64,000 nucleotides of DNA, taken from positions 48,711-112,710 of the forward strand of contig CAYLYQ010000001.1 of the NCBI GenBank assembly GCA_964388105.1, in the 5' to 3' direction. The notes under the pieces were generated by a model. It was not told the origin of the DNA, ran no database searches, and saw only the letters and a list, made by a program, of their open reading frames with translations. This document shows positions 47,133 through 59,413 of the stretch, piece by piece; the first letter of the stretch is position 1; every line of letters starts with the position of its first letter. This DNA is from an uncultured Acidimicrobiaceae bacterium (GTDB taxonomy: Bacteria; Actinomycetota; Acidimicrobiia; Spongiisociales; ZC4RG35). A program made the translations under genes and the position numbers.

Positions 47133-48407
47133 TTGGGGGCGCCCTCCGGGCGCCCCCTTCGTCGTCTGGGTACCGTTCCCACCGTGGGACAGGTCATCTC
47201 GGTGAGTTCGGCGACGGTGGGCCAGACGGCGGTGTTCAGCCTGGACCGATCACTGACCGGCCAGGACCCCCGGGTGTTCGCCGGCACCCGTGCCGACGGT
47301 GACGACGCCGTGGCCCGGATGGCCGGTCGGATCCTCGCCGATCCCGAGGTCACCCACGTTCACGTCCTGTCCAACGTGGTCACGGTCGGACGGACCGGGG
47401 AATGGGACATCGGCAGCCTCAACGAGGCGCGCGACACGATCGCCACGATGTTCGTCCACTACGGCGCCGAGGACCCAGACCGACTGAGGGCCCGGCACTA
47501 CAACGCCACGATCACCCACATCAGGGAGCACAACCCGGATCTCTGGGTGCTCAAGGTTCGTCCCGACGAGCCGCCCCAGGACTACAAGCCCGGGCAGTAC
47601 ACGACGCTTGGCCTCGGGTACTGGGAGCCGCGGGCGGACGAGGCTGAAGAGGAGTTCGACCCCGAGAAGCACAATCGAATGGCCTTGCGCTCGTACTCGG
47701 TGTCGTCGTCGATCGTCGATGAGGCCGGCAGGCCACTCCCCCGCGGCGGGCCGGAAGTCGAGTTCTACATCGTCAAGGTCAGGCCTGGCCAGACCGAGAT
47801 CCCGGCCCTCACCCCGCGCCTGTTCTCCAAGGGAGTGGGCGACCGCCTCTACATGGGCCGCAAATTCGCCGGGCGTTACACGCTCGAGGGCATCGAGCCG
47901 ACCGACAACCTCGTCTTCCTGAGCACGGGGACAGGCGAGGCCCCCCAGAACGCGATGCTGTCGGAGTTGATGCATCGGGGGCACGAAGGACGGGTCCTCA
48001 ACGTCGTGTGCGTCCGCTACCTGGACGACCTCGCCTACACCGCCGAGCATGCCCGGGTGCAGGCCAACTGGCCCCGATACACCTATCACGCATTCGCCAC
48101 GCGGGAGCCCGACCCTGGGACGGGGAAGAAGTACATCCAGGACCTGATCCTCGACGGCACCGTCGAGGCGCTCCTGGGCGCACCACTCGACCCCGCCAAC
48201 ACGCATGTGTTCCTGTGCGGGAATCCCTCGATGATCGGGCTGCCGAAGTGGGGCGAGGACGGGTCACTCGCCTTCCCGCCCACCCTCGGAGTGTGCCAGA
48301 TCCTCCACGAACGCGGCTTCACCCTCGACTTCAGACGCGAGAAGGGCAACGTCCACTACGAGGAGTTCTGGACCGAGCGCGGAGCGGTGCCACCCTCCGA
48401 CGAATAG
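47133..48407 (+). CDS. Ferredoxin-NADP+ reductase family oxidoreductase with ~110-aa N-terminal extension
   Basis: FAD motif RSYSVSS, NAD(P) motif LVFLSTGTGEAP, HVFLCGNPSM; N-terminal domain of unknown function. Confidence 0.75.
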   Translation: MGAPSGRPLRRLGTVPTVGQVISVSSATVGQTAVFSLDRSLTGQDPRVFAGTRADGDDAVARMAGRILADPEVTHVHVLSNVVTVGRTGEWDIGSLNEARDTIATMFVHYGAEDPDRLRARHYNATITHIREHNPDLWVLKVRPDEPPQDYKPGQYTTLGLGYWEPRADEAEEEFDPEKHNRMALRSYSVSSSIVDEAGRPLPRGGPEVEFYIVKVRPGQTEIPALTPRLFSKGVGDRLYMGRKFAGRYTLEGIEPTDNLVFLSTGTGEAPQNAMLSELMHRGHEGRVLNVVCVRYLDDLAYTAEHARVQANWPRYTYHAFATREPDPGTGKKYIQDLILDGTVEALLGAPLDPANTHVFLCGNPSMIGLPKWGEDGSLAFPPTLGVCQILHERGFTLDFRREKGNVHYEEFWTERGAVPPSDE

Positions 48408-48416
48408 GCCCGGAGG

Positions 48417-50681
<2,265 letters not shown>

Positions 50682-50731
50682 GTGACAACCCTATCGCCCG
50701 GGAGTAGCCGTACCGGGTAGGCCCTGCGACA

Positions 50732-51049
50732 ATGATGGCGATGCTCGAAACCGCCCTGCCAATCTCGGCCGAGAACGGCTACAAGGTGATGACCGGATGG
50801 CGGGTGGGACAGTCCCCCGAGGAGACCACGACCCGCTCCGGCCTGCTCGTGCCTGTCGGCACCAAGGACGGCAACGACGCCCTGGCCCTGGTCGACGTGC
50901 AGACCGGCCAGCGATTCTGGGCCGTGCCCACCGGGGCGTGGCGCTTCATCTGGCCTCCCACCGGCAAGCCGGTGATCGCGGTTCGCGAGTCGCAGATCAT
51001 TGCCGAGGAAGAGCTGGATCACGTCGGAGACGAGGGCACCTACCTCTGA
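50732..51049 (+). CDS. Hypothetical small protein
   Basis: 105-aa ORF with balanced composition between maeB and hflX; no family recognised. Confidence 0.4.
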   Translation: MMAMLETALPISAENGYKVMTGWRVGQSPEETTTRSGLLVPVGTKDGNDALALVDVQTGQRFWAVPTGAWRFIWPPTGKPVIAVRESQIIAEEELDHVGDEGTYL

Positions 51050-51104
51050 TCCGGGTAAATAGACCTCGCTGGAGCGTTGTTTCCGGCACCATCGACCGAG
51101 CTTC

Positions 51105-52418
51105 ATGACCCAGGAACACACCTCCCGACGCGGCCGCCGCCTCACCGCAACCGTCACCGACCTCGAGGTCACGGTCCAGCGCGCCTTCCTGGTGGGCGTG
51201 CTCCTTCCCGGCCAGCTCGAGGAGACCGAGGAGAGGTCCCTCCAAGAGCTGGCTCTCCTCGCCGACACTGCCGGAGCCGAGGTCGTCGACTCTGAGGTGG
51301 TGCGGCGGTCCGAGATCGACCCCGCCACCTTCATCGGCAAGGGCAAGGCCGCTGAGCTGGCCGAGTTGACCAACGCCCTCGACATCGACGTGGTCCTATT
51401 CGACCACCAGCTGACCCCCGCTCAGCAGCGCAACCTCCAGAACCAGTTCGGGTGTGACGTCGTGGACCGGGAGGGCCTGATCCTCGACATCTTCGCCCAA
51501 CACGCCCGCTCCAAGGTGGGCGCGATCCAGGTCGAGCTCGCCTTGCTCCGGTATCACCTGCCGCGGCTGCGGGGCAAGGGAAAGAGCATGTCGCAGCAGT
51601 CGGCAGGAGCAGGAATCACCAACCGCGGGCCTGGCGAGACCAAGCTCGAGCTCGACCGGCGCAAGATCCTGACCCGGATCTCGAAGCTGGAGCGGGAGTT
51701 GAAGGCGTCGGTGGGCCATCAGGAGACGCAGCGCAAACAACGCCGCCGCAGCCTCCTCCCCCAGGTGTCCATCGTGGGCTACACGAACGCCGGCAAGTCG
51801 ACACTCCTCAACGCCCTCACCGATTCGGACGCTCTGGTCGAGGACCGTCTCTTCGCCACCCTCGATCCGACGGTCCGCAGGTTCGAGGCGCCCGGTCACC
51901 GGCCGTTCCTGCTCGCCGACACGGTGGGATTCGTCCGGAGGCTCCCGCACGGCCTGGTCGAGGCCTTCCGATCGACCCTCCAGGAAGCTGCCGAGGCCGA
52001 CCTGCTCCTCCATCTGGTGGACGGGACCGATGCCGACCTCCCGGGCCAGATAGCCGCGGTGCGAGAGGTGCTCTCCGAGATCGACGCCGACACCATCCCG
52101 GAGCTGCTGGTGGTCAACAAGGTCGACGTGCTCACGGACATGCAACGCCAGCGGATCTCGAACCAGTATCCCGACGCCGTCCTCGTCTCCGCCCTTTCCG
52201 GAGAAGGGCTCGATGAGCTCGTGGCGGCCTTGTCCTCAGCACTCGCTGCCGGACTCGTCACCATGACCCTGGCCATTCCCTACGACCGCGGTGACCTCGT
52301 CGCCGCCGCCCACGAGATGGGCGAGGTGATCGAGGAGAAGCACGACGAGCGGGGCACGATCATCGACGTGCGGGTGCCGGTGGCCGTGGCCCCACGGTTC
52401 GCCGAGTTCGCCAGATGA
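51105..52418 (+). CDS. hflX: GTPase HflX
   Basis: HflX N-domain, G1 VSIVGYTNAGKSTLLNALT, G3 DTVGF, G4 NKVD. Confidence 0.9.
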   Translation: MTQEHTSRRGRRLTATVTDLEVTVQRAFLVGVLLPGQLEETEERSLQELALLADTAGAEVVDSEVVRRSEIDPATFIGKGKAAELAELTNALDIDVVLFDHQLTPAQQRNLQNQFGCDVVDREGLILDIFAQHARSKVGAIQVELALLRYHLPRLRGKGKSMSQQSAGAGITNRGPGETKLELDRRKILTRISKLERELKASVGHQETQRKQRRRSLLPQVSIVGYTNAGKSTLLNALTDSDALVEDRLFATLDPTVRRFEAPGHRPFLLADTVGFVRRLPHGLVEAFRSTLQEAAEADLLLHLVDGTDADLPGQIAAVREVLSEIDADTIPELLVVNKVDVLTDMQRQRISNQYPDAVLVSALSGEGLDELVAALSSALAAGLVTMTLAIPYDRGDLVAAAHEMGEVIEEKHDERGTIIDVRVPVAVAPRFAEFAR

Positions 52419-52756
52419 GCGACCTGGTCGCCAGCCTCCGGAAGTCGCTGCGGAAAGCCATGCTCGAGCGGGACGGGGGTGCTGTCTCCGCCCTGCGGTC
52501 GACTCTGGCTGCGATCGAGAACGCCGGTGCGGTCGAAACCGCAGGCAGGGGCCTGGCCATCGAAGAAGCGCCGGTGGGCGTGGGAGTCAACGATGTCGCC
52601 CGCCGCCATCTCGACCTGCGGCAGATCGAGCAGATCGTGGCCGGTGAGGCGGCGGACTACGAGTCCGCCGCGAGCCACTACGAGGAACTCGGCATGGCAG
52701 ACGAGGCCTCTGCCCTGCGCGCCAAGGCGCGCATCCTCCGCGATCACCTGGCCTGA
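52415..52756 (+). CDS. Hypothetical protein, translationally coupled to hflX
   Basis: ATGA overlap with hflX stop; 113 aa, Ala/Glu/Arg-rich helical. Confidence 0.45.
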   Translation: MSDLVASLRKSLRKAMLERDGGAVSALRSTLAAIENAGAVETAGRGLAIEEAPVGVGVNDVARRHLDLRQIEQIVAGEAADYESAASHYEELGMADEASALRAKARILRDHLA

Positions 52757-52760
52757 AGGC

Positions 52761-53495
52761 TCAGCCGACCAGTGTGGCGGCGCCCACGATGCCGGCGTTG
52801 TTGATCCGTGACGCCTTGACCACCCCGAGTTCGGGGTCCAAGAAGCCTGCCCACTCGTCCCACGACTTGGTGATCCCGCCGCCGGCGATGATGAGCTGGG
52901 GGGCGAAGATCCTGCGCACGTACCGGAGGAAGCGGTTCGCGCGCGTGACCCACTCCTCCCAGGTGAGCCCTTCCCTCTCCATCGCCGATGCGGCGAAGTA
53001 GTCCTCGCAGACGAGGTGGCCCTCCAGCTCCATGGAGCCCAGTTCGAGGTTGGGGACCAGCCGCCCGTCGTGGAGCAGGCCGCTCCCGATGCCGGTGCCG
53101 AACGTGATGATCAGGACCGTGCCGTCGATTCCGTGGGCGGCTCCGTACCTCGCCTCGCAGAGGGCGGCGGCGTCGGCGTCGTTGATCATCTCGATGTGGC
53201 GGCCGGTGGCCGCCTCGAGCAGTGAGGCGGCGTCGAGGCCGATCCACGTCGGATCGATGTTGTTGGCGGTGCGGACGACGCCATCGACGACGACAGCCGG
53301 GAAGCCGACACCCATCGGCCCGTCCTCGCCCAGGTTCGCGACCAGGCCCGCGGCGGCTGCCACCACGGACTGCGGGGTGGCTGGCGTCGGTGTCTCCACG
53401 CGGAGTCTCTTCCCGACGAGCCGGCCGGTCTCCAGGTCGACGAGACCCGCCTTGATACCGGTACCGCCGATGTCGAGACCGACCGAAGTTGCCAT
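52761..53495 (-). CDS. ppgK: Polyphosphate glucokinase (ROK family)
   Basis: VGLDIGGTGIKAGLVD ATP motif; IITFGTGIGSG; ~244 aa typical of PpgK. Confidence 0.85.
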   Translation of the reverse strand: MATSVGLDIGGTGIKAGLVDLETGRLVGKRLRVETPTPATPQSVVAAAAGLVANLGEDGPMGVGFPAVVVDGVVRTANNIDPTWIGLDAASLLEAATGRHIEMINDADAAALCEARYGAAHGIDGTVLIITFGTGIGSGLLHDGRLVPNLELGSMELEGHLVCEDYFAASAMEREGLTWEEWVTRANRFLRYVRRIFAPQLIIAGGGITKSWDEWAGFLDPELGVVKASRINNAGIVGAATLVG

Positions 53496-53533
53496 TGACA
53501 GACCAGGGTAAGGCAGGCGATACCCTCTTGAGG

Positions 53534-54934
53534 GTGAGCAAGGCCGACGTCGGTGTGGTGGGAATGGGAGTGATGGGCGCCAACCTCGCCCTCAATCTGG
53601 CGGAGAAGGGCCATCGGGTGGTGGTTCACAACCGCACCTGGGAGGTCGCCGAGGCGTTCCTCGATTCTCCCGACGCTTCGCGCCTGGGGGTGACCGGGGC
53701 ACGCACGTTGGAGCAGATGGCGGCCGCGATGAGCACCCCTCGAGTGTTTCTCCTCCTGGTCACTGCCGGCAGGGCTGTCGACGGGGTGATCGCCGATCTC
53801 CTTCCGCATCTCGAAGAAGGCGATGTCGTCATCGACGGCGGCAACTCCCTCTACACGGACACCAACCGCCGCACCGCGGAGCTCGCCGCCCGGGGCATCA
53901 GGTTCATGGGCGTCGGAGTCTCCGGCGGCGAGGAGGGGGCACGCCACGGCCCGTCGTTGATGCTCGGTGGCGACGCCGAGGCCTGGCCCATCGTCGACAC
54001 GATGCTGAAGTCGATCGCCGCCCAGGCTCCCGACGGCCAGCCCTGTTGTGACTGGGTCGGGCCCGCCGGGGCCGGACACTTCGTCAAGATGGTCCACAAC
54101 GGCATCGAATACGGCGACATGCAAGTGATCGCGGAGGCCTACGACTTGATGCGGCGGGGCCTCGGGATGGAGCCCGCCCGGATCGCCGAGGTGTTCGCCG
54201 GCTGGAACGAGGGCCGACTCCGCTCGTATCTGATCGAGATCACCGCCGACATCCTGGCTGCGACCGAGAACGGCGTGCCGATGGTCGACCTCATCCTCGA
54301 CGCGGCAGGCCAGAAGGGCACCGGCAAGTGGACGGTTATCGCCTCCATGGAGCTCGCCGAGCCGACTGCCCTCGTCGCCGAGGCGGTCTACGCCCGCATC
54401 GTCTCGTCGGACCCGGATCGGCGTGGGCGGGCGGCGGGGCTATTCCCGGGGACGGGGACTCTCACCGGCGTCACCGTCGACGACATCGAAGCGGCGCTGT
54501 ACGCCTCCAAGATCATCAGCTACTCGCAAGGTTTCCGCCTCATGCGCGCGGCGTCGGCCGAGTACGGATGGGGCATCGACCCGGGCGTGGTGGCATCCCT
54601 CTGGCGAGCGGGTTGCATCATCCGCGCGGCGTTCCTCGAGGACATCACGGCGGCGTATCGGGACGCGCCCGATCTCGAGGACCTGACATTCGCCTCCTTC
54701 TTCACCGACGCTCTCCGCTGGGCCGAGGGGCCCTGGCGCCGCGTGGTCGCCGGAGCGGCGGCGGCCGGCATCCCCGCACCCGCCTACTCATCGGCCCTGG
54801 CGTACTACGACGGGATGCGATCGGCGACCCTCCCCGCCAACCTGGTCCAGGCCCAACGCGACTATTTCGGGGCCCACACCTTCGAGCGCGTCGACCGCTC
54901 GCGCGGGGAGTGGTTCCACAGAGAATGGGATTAG
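53534..54934 (+). CDS. gnd: 6-phosphogluconate dehydrogenase, decarboxylating
   Basis: GTG start giving MSKADVGVVGMGVMGANLALNLAEKGHRVVVHNRT; VIDGGNS; GHFVKMVHNGIEYGDMQ. Confidence 0.9.
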   Translation: MSKADVGVVGMGVMGANLALNLAEKGHRVVVHNRTWEVAEAFLDSPDASRLGVTGARTLEQMAAAMSTPRVFLLLVTAGRAVDGVIADLLPHLEEGDVVIDGGNSLYTDTNRRTAELAARGIRFMGVGVSGGEEGARHGPSLMLGGDAEAWPIVDTMLKSIAAQAPDGQPCCDWVGPAGAGHFVKMVHNGIEYGDMQVIAEAYDLMRRGLGMEPARIAEVFAGWNEGRLRSYLIEITADILAATENGVPMVDLILDAAGQKGTGKWTVIASMELAEPTALVAEAVYARIVSSDPDRRGRAAGLFPGTGTLTGVTVDDIEAALYASKIISYSQGFRLMRAASAEYGWGIDPGVVASLWRAGCIIRAAFLEDITAAYRDAPDLEDLTFASFFTDALRWAEGPWRRVVAGAAAAGIPAPAYSSALAYYDGMRSATLPANLVQAQRDYFGAHTFERVDRSRGEWFHREWD

Positions 54935-54964
54935 CCCCCACGTCGTAGGGGAGACACCCTCACG

Positions 54965-56194
54965 TCAAGCCGGCGGGAGGTCCGGCACCGGCATCAGAGG
55001 GGGCTGATTGAGGTCGTGGTCGCTGGCGTCCGCTTCCTCGACGTGCTCCCTCTGGATTCCGAGCAGGAAGAGGATCGGGTCCAGATAAGGGACTCTGATG
55101 CTCGTGTCAGCCTGCGCCGAGACCACCGGCTTGGCGTTGAACGCGATCCCCAGCCCCACCGAGCGCAGCATGTCGAGGTCGTTGGCGCCATCGCCGATCG
55201 CAACCACCTGGTCGAGTGATATCCCCTCTCTGGCCGCGATCTCGGCCACGAACTGAGCCTTGCGGGGACCATCGACGAACTCGCCGACCAGCCGGCCGGT
55301 GAGCACACCGTCCACCACTTCGAGGGTGTTGGACAGGTAGTAGTCGATGCCCAGGCGCTCGGCGAGGGCACGCGAGAAGCGGGTGAATCCCGCCGACACG
55401 ATGGCGGTCTTGATCCCGAGCCGGTGCAGCGTGCGGATCAGCGTCTTTGCCCCCGGCGTGAGAGTGATCTCCGAGGCCACCCTGCGGAGCGCGCCCTCGT
55501 CGAGGCCGGCGAGGAGGCGCACCCTCTCCAGGAGCGCCCCGGCGAAGTCGACCTCACCGGCAAGGGCTGCTGCCGTGAGAGCCGAGACCTCGGCCTCGAC
55601 ACCCTTCTCACGGGCGAGGAGGTCGATGACCTCCTCTTGGATCAACGTCGAGTCGACGTCCATCACCACCATCCGCTTGGCGCGTCTCGCCAGACCGTCG
55701 GGCTGGATGGCGACATCGATGGGAGTGGCTGCGGCCACCGTCACGAGGTCATCGGTGATGGCGGCGATGTCGCCGCCGGAGACGGTCAACTCGTAGCTGA
55801 CCACCGGGTATCGGGAGAGGCGGACGATGCGTTCGATGTTGCCGCCGCCGAGGGCGATGGCGGAGGTGACAGCGGCGTACTCCTCGGCCGTGACGCGGGG
55901 GCCGATCACGGTGACCACGGAGAGCTTCTTCGGCGGGGTGGGTGTGGGGTCGACCACCTCGAAGCTCACCTCGAGGTCGTTCTCCCAGGCGAAGTAGAGG
56001 ATGTCGCGCACGGTCGCCTGCTCGGCCGGCACGCCGATGAGCACGTTCAACATCAGCCGCCCCCGGATCGTGATCTGGCCGACGTCGTAGATCTCGCAGT
56101 TCTCGGAGGCCAGGAGGTCCATGAGGCCGGCCGCAATCCCCGGTCGATCGGGGCCGTGGATCGTGACGAGGACCGTCTTCAACTCATGGCTCAT
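54965..56194 (-). CDS. serB: Phosphoserine phosphatase SerB with N-terminal ACT domains
   Basis: ACT-like LVTIHGPDRPGIAAGLMDLL; HAD motif I VVMDVDSTLIQEEVID; start at MSHELKTV. Confidence 0.85.
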   Translation of the reverse strand: MSHELKTVLVTIHGPDRPGIAAGLMDLLASENCEIYDVGQITIRGRLMLNVLIGVPAEQATVRDILYFAWENDLEVSFEVVDPTPTPPKKLSVVTVIGPRVTAEEYAAVTSAIALGGGNIERIVRLSRYPVVSYELTVSGGDIAAITDDLVTVAAATPIDVAIQPDGLARRAKRMVVMDVDSTLIQEEVIDLLAREKGVEAEVSALTAAALAGEVDFAGALLERVRLLAGLDEGALRRVASEITLTPGAKTLIRTLHRLGIKTAIVSAGFTRFSRALAERLGIDYYLSNTLEVVDGVLTGRLVGEFVDGPRKAQFVAEIAAREGISLDQVVAIGDGANDLDMLRSVGLGIAFNAKPVVSAQADTSIRVPYLDPILFLLGIQREHVEEADASDHDLNQPPLMPVPDLPPA

Positions 56195-56282
56195 CGACTT
56201 CCCAGGGTACGCGATCAACGCCACGACCCTTGCCCGGCGTCCCCGTTACCATTCGGAAGACCCTTTCTCAGGAGCATTTCCC

Positions 56283-58823
56283 TTGGCCGACAGCTCATTC
56301 CGATTGCCGCGTGGCATCGTCCCCCAGCACTACGACATCCGACTCGACCTCGACTTCGATCACTTCACCTTCGCGGGAGAAGTGGGAATCGACCTGCGGG
56401 TCGACCAGCCGTCTTCCGAGGTGGTGCTCAACACCGCCGAGATCGACATCAAGGAGGCCTTCCTCACCTCCGGGGGCGACAGGCTCGGGATCACCGGCAT
56501 CGCCTACGACGAGAAGTACGAGCGGGCCACGCTCTCCCTCGAGTCGGAGCTCGCGCCGGGCGACTACCGGCTGACCATCGATTACACGGGAATCATCAAC
56601 GACCAGCTGAAGGGCCTCTACCGCTCTGTCTACCGGGACGACGAAGGCAACGAGCACCCGATCGCCACATCGCAGTGCCAGGCCACCGACGCCCGCCGCG
56701 TGCTGCCCTGCTGGGACGAGCCCGACTTCAAGGCCACCTTCCAGACGACGATGGTGGTGCCTCCCGGCCTGGAGGCCTACTCCAACTCCCGCGAGCTGGA
56801 GCGTGTCGAGGGCGACGGCAAGGTCGAGTTCCGCTTCGCCAAGACGATGAAGATGTCCACCTACCTGCTGGCCTTCATCGCCGGGCCGTTCGAAGCCACC
56901 GAGCCGGCCGTCTCCCGGGGCATCCCCATCCGGATCATCGTCCCTCGCGGCAAGCTCCACCTCACCGAGGTCGCCCTGGAGAACGCGGTGTTCTGCTTCG
57001 AGTACCTCTCCGACTACTACGGGATCCCCTACCCGGCCGACAAGCTCGACCACATCGCCATCCCCGACTTCGCCGCCGGAGCCATGGAGAACGTGGGCTT
57101 GATCACCTACCGGGACGCCTATCTGGTGATCGACAAGGCCAAGGCCTCCCAGGCGGAGCTGCAGAACAGCCTCGACGTGATCGGTCACGAGATCGCCCAC
57201 CAGTGGTTCGGCAACCTGGTCACCATGGCCTGGTGGGAGGGTGCGTGGCTCAACGAGGCCTTCGCGTCGTTCATGGAGATGAAGGCGACAGACGCCATGC
57301 GCCCCGAGTGGAAGCGGTGGCTGGCGTTCTCCAACGGCGAGGTCCCGTGGGCGATGTCCACCGACCAGTTGGTCAGCACGCGCCCCATCGAGTTCGAGGT
57401 CAACGCCCCCGAAGAGGTGGACCAGATGTTCGACTCGATCACCTACGGCAAGGGCTCGGCGGTGCTCCACATGATCGACGAGTTCATCGGGGTGGAGAAC
57501 TTCCGCACCGGCGTCGGCAACTACCTGCGGAAGCACGAGTACGCCAACACGATCACCCGTGACCTGTGGGAGGGCCTCGACTCAGCGTCCGAGTGGCCCG
57601 TCTCCGAGATCATGGAGACCTGGGTGTACCAGCGCGGCTTCCCCCAGATCGAGGTCCGGATGGTGCCGGGCGGTGTAAGCCTCACCCAGCGCCGCTACCT
57701 GGTCGTCCCGGACGAGAGTGACACCACGCTCTGGAAGGTGCCGATCCAGCTCCGCTACTCGATCGACGGCGAGGTGCAGACCCGCAAGCTCCTCCTCGAC
57801 GAGGACGAGACCGTCATCACCTTCGACGGCAACCTCGACTGGATCGTCGGCAACGGCGGCGGCAACGGCTTCTACCGCACCGGGTACTGCGACACCAGCT
57901 TCGCCAAGCTGATCGCCAACCTCGCCAACCTCGACGACATCGAGCGTTACACCCTGGTCTCCGACACCCTCGCCTTCGTGCGATCTGGCCAGGCCGACAG
58001 CGCCCACTTCCTCGATCTCGTCGCCGGGTTCGGGGACGAGAGGGAGCACGCCATCTGGTCGATCATCGTCGGCGGGCTGGGGACGATCGAGCACCACGCC
58101 CTCGAGGAGTCGGTGCGACCGGCGTTCGAGGAGTTCGTCCGCGGGCTGCTCGGGCCGACGGCGGCCCGGATGGGCTGGGAACCGGGCCCCAACGACTCCG
58201 ACCTGGAGCGGAAGCTCCGCGGGGAGCTGATCGCCGCCATGGGGGCCCTAGGCCGCGACACCGGGACCATCGATCGGTGCAGGGCAATCGTTCGCGACCT
58301 GCTCGCCGGAGGGTCGGCCGATCCGGAGGTGACGACCGCCGCCCTGACCGTGTTCGCCCGGTTCGGGACCCAGGAGGACTACGACGCCCTGTGGCAGGCC
58401 TACCGCGAGGCGACCACTCCGCTCGACCAGGTCCGGTACCTGCGGTCCGTGGCGGGTGTCGCCGAGGAAGACTTGGCGGTGTCCACCATGGACAAGGTCG
58501 TGGATGGCGACATCCGCACCCAGGACGGGTTCTGGGTGTTCGCCCGGCTGCTCATGGGCAAGTCGGGCCCGGCCGTGTGGCGCAACGCCGCTGCGCGCTG
58601 GGAGTCGGTGCTCGAGGCCATGCCCGGGCTCACCAAGGTTCGCATCGCCGAAGGGATCTCAGCCCTCTCGCAACCAGACGTCGCCGCCGAGGTGAAGGCC
58701 TTCCTGGCCGAGCACCCGATCCCGGAGGCGACACGGTCGATCCAGCAGAACCTGGAGAAGCTGGACGCCAACGTGCGACTGCGTGCCCGCGAGACCGAGG
58801 TCGTGTCGGACTACTTCTCGTAA
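56283..58823 (+). CDS. pepN: Aminopeptidase N (M1 family)
   Basis: GAMEN, HEIAHQWFGNLVTMAWW...E zinc motif; probable TTG start (LADSSFRLPRGIVPQHYDIRLDLD) 8 nt after AGGAG; track start 56121 would overlap serB. Confidence 0.9.
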   Translation: MADSSFRLPRGIVPQHYDIRLDLDFDHFTFAGEVGIDLRVDQPSSEVVLNTAEIDIKEAFLTSGGDRLGITGIAYDEKYERATLSLESELAPGDYRLTIDYTGIINDQLKGLYRSVYRDDEGNEHPIATSQCQATDARRVLPCWDEPDFKATFQTTMVVPPGLEAYSNSRELERVEGDGKVEFRFAKTMKMSTYLLAFIAGPFEATEPAVSRGIPIRIIVPRGKLHLTEVALENAVFCFEYLSDYYGIPYPADKLDHIAIPDFAAGAMENVGLITYRDAYLVIDKAKASQAELQNSLDVIGHEIAHQWFGNLVTMAWWEGAWLNEAFASFMEMKATDAMRPEWKRWLAFSNGEVPWAMSTDQLVSTRPIEFEVNAPEEVDQMFDSITYGKGSAVLHMIDEFIGVENFRTGVGNYLRKHEYANTITRDLWEGLDSASEWPVSEIMETWVYQRGFPQIEVRMVPGGVSLTQRRYLVVPDESDTTLWKVPIQLRYSIDGEVQTRKLLLDEDETVITFDGNLDWIVGNGGGNGFYRTGYCDTSFAKLIANLANLDDIERYTLVSDTLAFVRSGQADSAHFLDLVAGFGDEREHAIWSIIVGGLGTIEHHALEESVRPAFEEFVRGLLGPTAARMGWEPGPNDSDLERKLRGELIAAMGALGRDTGTIDRCRAIVRDLLAGGSADPEVTTAALTVFARFGTQEDYDALWQAYREATTPLDQVRYLRSVAGVAEEDLAVSTMDKVVDGDIRTQDGFWVFARLLMGKSGPAVWRNAAARWESVLEAMPGLTKVRIAEGISALSQPDVAAEVKAFLAEHPIPEATRSIQQNLEKLDANVRLRARETEVVSDYFS

Positions 58824-58844
58824 CTCAAAGGATGTCTCCCCCAC

Positions 58845-58990
58845 TCGTGGGGGAGTACCGGCGCAGCCGGGGAGGGGGTCGGTTCCGAAGTCCAGTACGG
58901 CCTGACGCGGCCCGAGATCTTCTTGTGCAGAACCGACCCCCTACCCGCAAGCGGGTCCCTTCCCCCGCTACGCGGGGGACACTTGCGCAA
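58845..58990. terminator. Cluster of four GC hairpins between convergent pepN and rplL, including a C-hairpin repeat copy
   Basis: CTCCCCCAC-tc-GTGGGGGAG (58847-58868); GGGGGTCGGTTC...GAACCGACCCCC; CCCCCGC-ta-GCGGGGG; GCGCAAGC-attc-GCTTGCGC. Confidence 0.5.
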
Positions 58991-59008
58991 GCATTCGCTT
59001 GCGCGGAA

Positions 59009-59413
59009 TCACTGCAGCTCGACCGTGGCGCCGGCGGCCTCGAGGACCTCCTTCGCCTTCTGAGCGGCGTCCGGGTCGGCGGCTTCCAGCACCTTGGCGG
59101 GAGCGCCGTCGACGAGGTCCTTGGCCTCCTTGAGGCCGAGGCTGGTCAGAGCGCGCACTTCCTTGATCACCTGGATCTTCTGAGCGCCCGCGCTGGTGAT
59201 GACGACGTCGAACTCGTCCTTCTCCTCGGCGGCGGGGGCACCGTCACCGGCACCGCCAGCTGCCGGAGCGGCAGCCATGGCGATCGGAGCGGCAGCGGTC
59301 ACTTCGAACTTCTCCTCGAACGCATCGAGGAACTCCTTGAGCTCGAGGACGGTCATCTCCTCGAATACGGAGAGCAGGTCCTCCGTCGACATCTTGGTCT
59401 TGGCCATTTTCAT
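59009..59413 (-). CDS. rplL: 50S ribosomal protein L7/L12
   Basis: [27 protein letters not shown]; Ala/Pro hinge; [24 protein letters not shown]. Confidence 0.95.
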   Translation of the reverse strand: MKMAKTKMSTEDLLSVFEEMTVLELKEFLDAFEEKFEVTAAAPIAMAAAPAAGGAGDGAPAAEEKDEFDVVITSAGAQKIQVIKEVRALTSLGLKEAKDLVDGAPAKVLEAADPDAAQKAKEVLEAAGATVELQ

